Part shown: piece after piece, positions 59,473-64,000 of the stretch | How the letters are laid out: the number at the start of each line of letters is the position of its first letter | How positions within the stretch are numbered: position 1 is the first letter of the stretch | NCBI GenBank assembly: GCA_965249845.1 | Contig: CBDFNA010000002.1 | Span: forward strand, 78,417 to 142,416 | Direction: 5' to 3' | Origin: Alphaproteobacteria bacterium | GTDB taxonomy: Bacteria > Pseudomonadota > Alphaproteobacteria > Bin65 | Length of the DNA stretch: 64,000 nt | Translations under genes and position numbers: made by a program | Notes under the pieces: generated by a model | What the model saw: only the letters and a program-made list of their open reading frames with translations | What the model was told of the DNA's origin: nothing | Database searches by the model: none

Positions 59473-60576
59473 ATGAGCGCGCCTGAATCGCGCCCGCAGC
59501 CGAGGCCGGGCATTATGAAGATTTCCGTCTATGTCGGCGGCGACGGCAGCCTGCCCGGCATCGACGAGCCGATCCGCCTGGCGAGCAACGAAAGCGCGCA
59601 CGGGCCGAGCCCGAAGGCGATTGCGGCCTACGAAGCGGTCGGGGACGGCCTGCACCGCTATGCCGACCGCGGCGCGGCGCTTCTGCGCCAGGCGCTCGGC
59701 GCGCAGCACGGCCTCGACCCGGACCGGATCGTCCTCGGCAACGGCAGCGACGAGATCATCGGCCTGCTCGCCCGGGCCTATGCCGGGCCGGGCGACGAGG
59801 TGCTGTTCAGCCGGCACGGTTTCGCCATGTATCCGATCGCGACGCTGGCGGCCGGCGCGACGCCGGCGATGGCGCCGGAGATCGACTACCGCACCGATAT
59901 CGACGCCATGCTCGACCTGGTGACCGATCGGACCAGGATCGTGTTCCTCGCCAACCCCAATAACCCGACCGGCAGCTACGTCACCGCCGGGGAGGTCGAG
60001 CGCCTCCACGCCGGCCTGCCATCGGATGTCCTGTTCGTCGTCGACGCCGCCTATGCCGAATATGTCACGCGCAACGACTATACCGCCGGGCTGGAGCTGG
60101 CGCAGAAGCACGACAATGTCGCGATGACGCGCACTTTCTCCAAGATTTTCGGGCTGGCCGCGCTCAGGGTCGGCTGGTGCTACGCCGCGCCGGCGGTGTG
60201 CGACGTGCTGCACCGGACGCGCGGGCCGTTCAACGTCAACGGCGCGGCCCAGGCGGCGGCGCTGGCGGCGCTGGACGATGTCGCCCATATCGACCGGGCG
60301 CGCGCCCACAACGATATCTGGCTGCCCTGGTTTTCCGAACAGGTCCAGCAACTCGGCCTGAACGTCCTGCCCAGCATCGGCAATTTCGTGCTCGTCGGCT
60401 TCCCGGCCGAGGCCGGCAAGGATGCCGTGGCGGCGGAAGCCCATCTGAAGAAGGACGGCATCATCCCGCGGCCGGTCGCCGGCTACGGCCTGCCCGAGTT
60501 CCTGCGCATCACCATCGGCCTGGAAAGCGAAATGCGCGCCGCGGCGGCCTCGCTGCGCAGCTTCGTCGGCCGATGA
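59473..60576 (+). CDS. hisC: Histidinol-phosphate aminotransferase
   Basis: RLASNES, GNGSDE, NPNNPTG, DAAYAEY, RTFSKIFGLAALRVGW. Confidence 0.96.
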   Translation: MSAPESRPQPRPGIMKISVYVGGDGSLPGIDEPIRLASNESAHGPSPKAIAAYEAVGDGLHRYADRGAALLRQALGAQHGLDPDRIVLGNGSDEIIGLLARAYAGPGDEVLFSRHGFAMYPIATLAAGATPAMAPEIDYRTDIDAMLDLVTDRTRIVFLANPNNPTGSYVTAGEVERLHAGLPSDVLFVVDAAYAEYVTRNDYTAGLELAQKHDNVAMTRTFSKIFGLAALRVGWCYAAPAVCDVLHRTRGPFNVNGAAQAAALAALDDVAHIDRARAHNDIWLPWFSEQVQQLGLNVLPSIGNFVLVGFPAEAGKDAVAAEAHLKKDGIIPRPVAGYGLPEFLRITIGLESEMRAAAASLRSFVGR

Positions 60577-61478
60577 GCGACGGCGCCCCGCAATTCGGCC
60601 GGGTCGCGGTTATCGGCACCGGCCTGATCGGCTCGTCCCTGCTGCGCGTGCTGCGGCGCGGGAAGCTGGCCGGCGAGCTGGTCGGCTGCGCCCGCCGCGC
60701 CGAGACCCGTTCCCGCATCCTGGAGCTGGGCATTGTCGACCGGGCGGTCGAAGACCCGGCGGAGGCGGTCGCGGACGCCGATCTGGTCGTCGTCGCCATC
60801 CATCTCGGCGGCTATGCGGATCTGGCCGAAGCCATCGCCCCGCATCTGAAGCCCGGCGCGATCGTTACCGATGTCGGCTCGGCGAAGCAGGCGGCGATCG
60901 CCGACTTGGGCGCGCCGCTGCCGGACGGCGTCCATCTGGTGCCCGGCCATCCGATCGCCGGCACCGAATTCTCCGGCCCGGACGCCGGCTTTGCCGAATT
61001 GTTCGAGGACCGCTGGTGCATCCTGACGCCGCCGGACGGGACCGACCCGGCCGCCGTCGAGACCGTCGCCGGCCTGTGGCGCGCCGCCGGCTCGCAGATC
61101 GAGATCATGGACCCGCGGCACCACGACCTGGTGCTCGCCATGACCTCCCACCTGCCCCATTTGATCGCCTACACCATCGTCGGCACGGCGACGGAGCTTG
61201 AGGCGGACGTGCAGGCCGAGGTCGTCAAATTCTCGGCCGGCGGCTTCCGCGATTTCACCCGCATCGCCGCCACCAAGCCGGACTTCTGGCGCGATGTGTT
61301 CCTGACCAACCGGGAGGCGGTGCTGGAAATGCTCGACCGTTTCACCGAAGACCTCTCGGCCCTGCGCCGCGCCGTCCGGCGCAGCGACGCCGACGCCATC
61401 ATGGCCCACCTCGCCCGCACCCAGCACATCCGCGCCGACGTGATCGCGCTCGGCCAGGATACGGAATGGCGGCGGTGA
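60573..61478 (+). CDS. tyrC: Prephenate/arogenate dehydrogenase
   Basis: GTGLIGSS, TDVGS.K, GHPIAGTE.SG, HD..LAMTSHLPHLIAY, AGGFRDFTRIA; ATGA overlap with hisC. Confidence 0.92.
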   Translation: MSDGAPQFGRVAVIGTGLIGSSLLRVLRRGKLAGELVGCARRAETRSRILELGIVDRAVEDPAEAVADADLVVVAIHLGGYADLAEAIAPHLKPGAIVTDVGSAKQAAIADLGAPLPDGVHLVPGHPIAGTEFSGPDAGFAELFEDRWCILTPPDGTDPAAVETVAGLWRAAGSQIEIMDPRHHDLVLAMTSHLPHLIAYTIVGTATELEADVQAEVVKFSAGGFRDFTRIAATKPDFWRDVFLTNREAVLEMLDRFTEDLSALRRAVRRSDADAIMAHLARTQHIRADVIALGQDTEWRR

Positions 61479-61559
61479 GGGAGCGGCGTTGCCAGGATAG
61501 AGCAGTGCTGAACAGAGCGGTCAGGCTTATTCCAAACCCTTCTTTCGACCGATTCACTA

Positions 61560-61629
61560 CCCGTCATTTCGACCGAAGCGGCGAAGCCGCGTAGCAGCCT
61601 GCCCTGAGCTTGTCGAAGGGGAGAAATCT
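61560..61629. repeat. Family C REP unit
   Basis: cccgtcatttcgaccgaagc...gcctgccctgagcttgtcgaaggggagaaatct. Confidence 0.8.
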
Positions 61630-61880
61630 TTCCGCACGGTGGTTCGACCCCTGCCCTGCGCGGGAAAGATATAATCATGCTCCTCCGGTTGCGCCATTGA
61701 TACCCTGTAGGCGCCAAACGTCGACTAACCTATTGCATTATTGAGTATTCTCCTTTCCTGCCCTGGCCTGTTGCCCTTTAATCGCAGCCACGGATGGCCA
61801 CATAATAGTCCCCGATTTGATGCCGCTCGTATGCGGTTTGATAACGGATTTGGGGACCGGTGCAGAGCGATGGAGGGGCC

Positions 61881-62218
61881 ATGCCGAAGCGCAACACGTT
61901 GCGACTGACCAAGCGCATTGTGGACGGGCTGAGCGTCGACGACAAGGACGCGGTCTTCTGGGACCGCGACCTCGCCGGCTTCGGGGTAAGGGTCCACGCC
62001 ACCGGGCGCAAATTCTATGTCGTCCAGTCAAGGAGACCGGCCGGTCTGAAGCGGGTGAGCCTGGGGCCGGTTGCCGGCCCATCGATCGAGCAACGTAGAA
62101 GGGAAGCGGCCGAGGTCATCGACCGCATCAAGCGGGGCGAGGATCCGCTGCCGCCGGTCCCTGCGCCCGAACCGACCGTCACCGATCTGGCGGCGCAGTA
62201 TCTCGAGGCCCATGTCGC
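61881..62218 (+). pseudogene. Integrase N-terminal arm-DNA-binding (DUF4102-like) fragment, truncated by an IS
   Basis: MPKRNTLRLTKRIVD...FWDRDLAGFGVRV...GRKFYVVQ...IKRGEDP...TVTDLA..YL; RBS ggagg. Confidence 0.85.
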
Positions 62219-62467
62219 CGCCTCGGCGTCCTCGTCGAAGGCGCCCGCATCGTACTTGTCGACCCAGATCCGGATCAGGTTCCGGGACAGGTCGTGGCGG
62301 CGTGCCAGGCCGTGAAGCGTGTCGCCAGCCAGATACTCCTGAACGACCTGGCGCTTGAACGCGATGCTGTGGGTGCGGTGCTGTGCCATGGGCGGCGATC
62401 CTTCGAATGCCCGACGCACCGATCAAATCATTTCAATCCAATTGTCCGACCCCAGGGGCCCACTCCA
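62217..62467 (-). mobile_element. IS3-family left-end remnant with truncated OrfA
   Basis: Terminal TGGAGTGGGCCCCTGGGGTCGGACA (62443-62467, minus strand); MAQHRTHSIAFKRQVVQEYLAG..LHGLARRHDLSRNLIRIWV HTH starting at 62389. Confidence 0.75.
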
Positions 62468-62880
62468 ATAGTCTATCGAAATTTGTTCGGGTCGGCCCCG
62501 GTTGGCGTGAAATTTCCGAACGATATTCAACTCTGGACCGCCATGCCTGGCCAAAGAGGCGATCGGCACGCTTGCTTCGACGAGGCACGGCGTCCCGATG
62601 CATCGGATAGCCGGCGACGAAACTGGGTCTCGTTCATGCGAGTTGTACAGTGTGTCGCCGCCCGAGCCTGTTGGTCGGCGTCGGTGCTTGACCCCTCCAG
62701 GTCAAATGGATTCAGTACTTTGACACGCATATCGGTATCGAATCCGCGCGCCGAACGACACGCGAGCGCCCGGTTCAAGCACGGCCCGATCCGATCATCT
62801 CATCACACGCTCGGATTCCAGCATGGCCGGAAGGCTCTCGTCGACACGATTCCGGGTCGGCTCGATAGCCGCGCCTCGAC

Positions 62881-63711
62881 TCAGAGAATCCCGAGCGACG
62901 AGAAGATTTGACGGATATCGCTTGCGTACCTGCCGAACTCGGGAGTCTCGCGCACCGAGTGATCACGCGGACGGGGCAGGTCGATGTCGAGAATCTCCTC
63001 GACTGTGCAAGGACGCGGCGACATGACGACGACACGGTCTGCGAGGAAGACCGCCTCGGTAATCGAGTGTGTGACGAAAAGGACCGTTTTCTGAGACGTC
63101 AGCCAAATCTGCTGCAGGTCGAGGTTTAGCTTGTCGCGCGTGAGCGCATCCAGCGCGCCGAACGGCTCGTCCATGAGCAGGAGCGGCGGATCGTGCAGGA
63201 GTGCGCGGCAGATGGAGACGCGCTGGCGCATCCCGCCCGAGAGCTCGAACGGGTAACTGTCCTCAAAGCCGGTAAGACCCACGAGGTCGATCAACTGCTG
63301 GGCGCGCGATCGATATGCCTTCTTGTCGAGGCCGCGCATCTCGACCTGGAGCAGCACGTTGCTCATCACCTTGCGCCAGTCGAGGAGCACGGCTTCCTGG
63401 AAGACCATCCCAAGGTTCGTGTACGGCTTCGAGACATTGGTCCCGCCGATGGAGATCGTCCCGCCGGTAAGCGGCACAAGCCCCGCGACCAGCAACAGGA
63501 TCGTGCTCTTGCCGCAGCCTGACGGGCCGAGGATGGCGATGAACTCGCCGGGCTTGCACGTGAGCGAGACTTCATCGATTGCCTGCACAGGCTCGCCGAG
63601 GGTTTCGTAAAGCTTCGAGATGCCGTCGAGCACCACCGGGACACCGACACCGTCCGTTCGCGCAACATCCGGCGCCGCGGGCCTAACCCTTGCCGACCCA
63701 AAGACTTTCAT
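62881..63711 (-). CDS. NitT/TauT-family ABC transporter ATP-binding subunit
   Basis: GPSGCGKST, FQEAVLLDW, LSGGMRQR, LLMDEPFGALD, FVTH. Start uncertain. Confidence 0.9.
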   Translation of the reverse strand: MKVFGSARVRPAAPDVARTDGVGVPVVLDGISKLYETLGEPVQAIDEVSLTCKPGEFIAILGPSGCGKSTILLLVAGLVPLTGGTISIGGTNVSKPYTNLGMVFQEAVLLDWRKVMSNVLLQVEMRGLDKKAYRSRAQQLIDLVGLTGFEDSYPFELSGGMRQRVSICRALLHDPPLLLMDEPFGALDALTRDKLNLDLQQIWLTSQKTVLFVTHSITEAVFLADRVVVMSPRPCTVEEILDIDLPRPRDHSVRETPEFGRYASDIRQIFSSLGIL

Positions 63712-64000
63712 GACTTTCCTCGTGGAGACCGCGAGACGGTGCCTTCCGCCGCGGCGGCGAGTGTACACAATTGCCCGAATTGGCTCAACGCGATGCCGTC
63801 TTTCGTTTCATATCAGACAGCGATGTTTCTATGGCTGCTCGTAAAGCAAGGCACTCGGCGGGGGTTTGTCCGAGGTGGTCCCCGATAACCTGCGTCGCTT
63901 GCCGCTCATCTGCATTCCTCCGTCACACGGTGTAATACACCTTAACGACCTGTCCGATTTTCCGGGTCCACCTCGCTCTTTACAAATCGCTTTTGATTGT

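Noticed and set aside
61636-61665. GGTTCGACCCC as a tRNA T-arm or att site before the integrase
   Set aside because: No acceptor, D or anticodon arms can be folded and there is no CCA end; at most a chance match.
62470-62880. Short ORFs between the IS3 end and the ABC gene
   Set aside because: No RBS or motif support; left unannotated.

Overview
GC-rich alphaproteobacterial chromosome segment (Rhodospirillales-like by gene order; inference). The backbone is housekeeping: recJ-glpX-hom-aminotransferase | phaC; imuA-imuB-dnaE2; an acyl-CoA dehydrogenase/SDR/MaoC/P450 block; icd; obgE-proB-proA-nadD-rsfS-rlmH; lpdA; gloB; metA; chorismate mutase-hisC-tyrC. Accessory DNA is wedged between core genes. 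(i) Best candidate for an undescribed system: a coupled two-gene module at 44.8-48.6 kb (STAND-like ATPase plus ATPase-wHTH-TPR, no recognisable effector) preceded by two tandem CAACA-N4-TGTTG palindromes over a TTGACA promoter. (ii) A heavily remodelled SOS-mutagenesis cassette: a TA pair between imuB and dnaE2, a ~190-bp palindromic repeat read in frame inside DnaE2, low-GC in-frame patches, 12-bp tandem repeats and three +1 frameshifts. (iii) At least four families of REP/REPIN-like palindromic repeats; the main one has conserved arms and a unique central spacer in each of 5 copies. (iv) A 1.72-kb mobile-element graveyard bounded by 84-bp inverted repeats. (v) One intact and three decayed TA loci. 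(vi) An integrase/IS3/ABC island edge at the right end and a truncated N6-adenine methyltransferase at the left end. No rRNA, tRNA or CRISPR array could be supported. All calls come from motif recognition by eye; no database searches were run.
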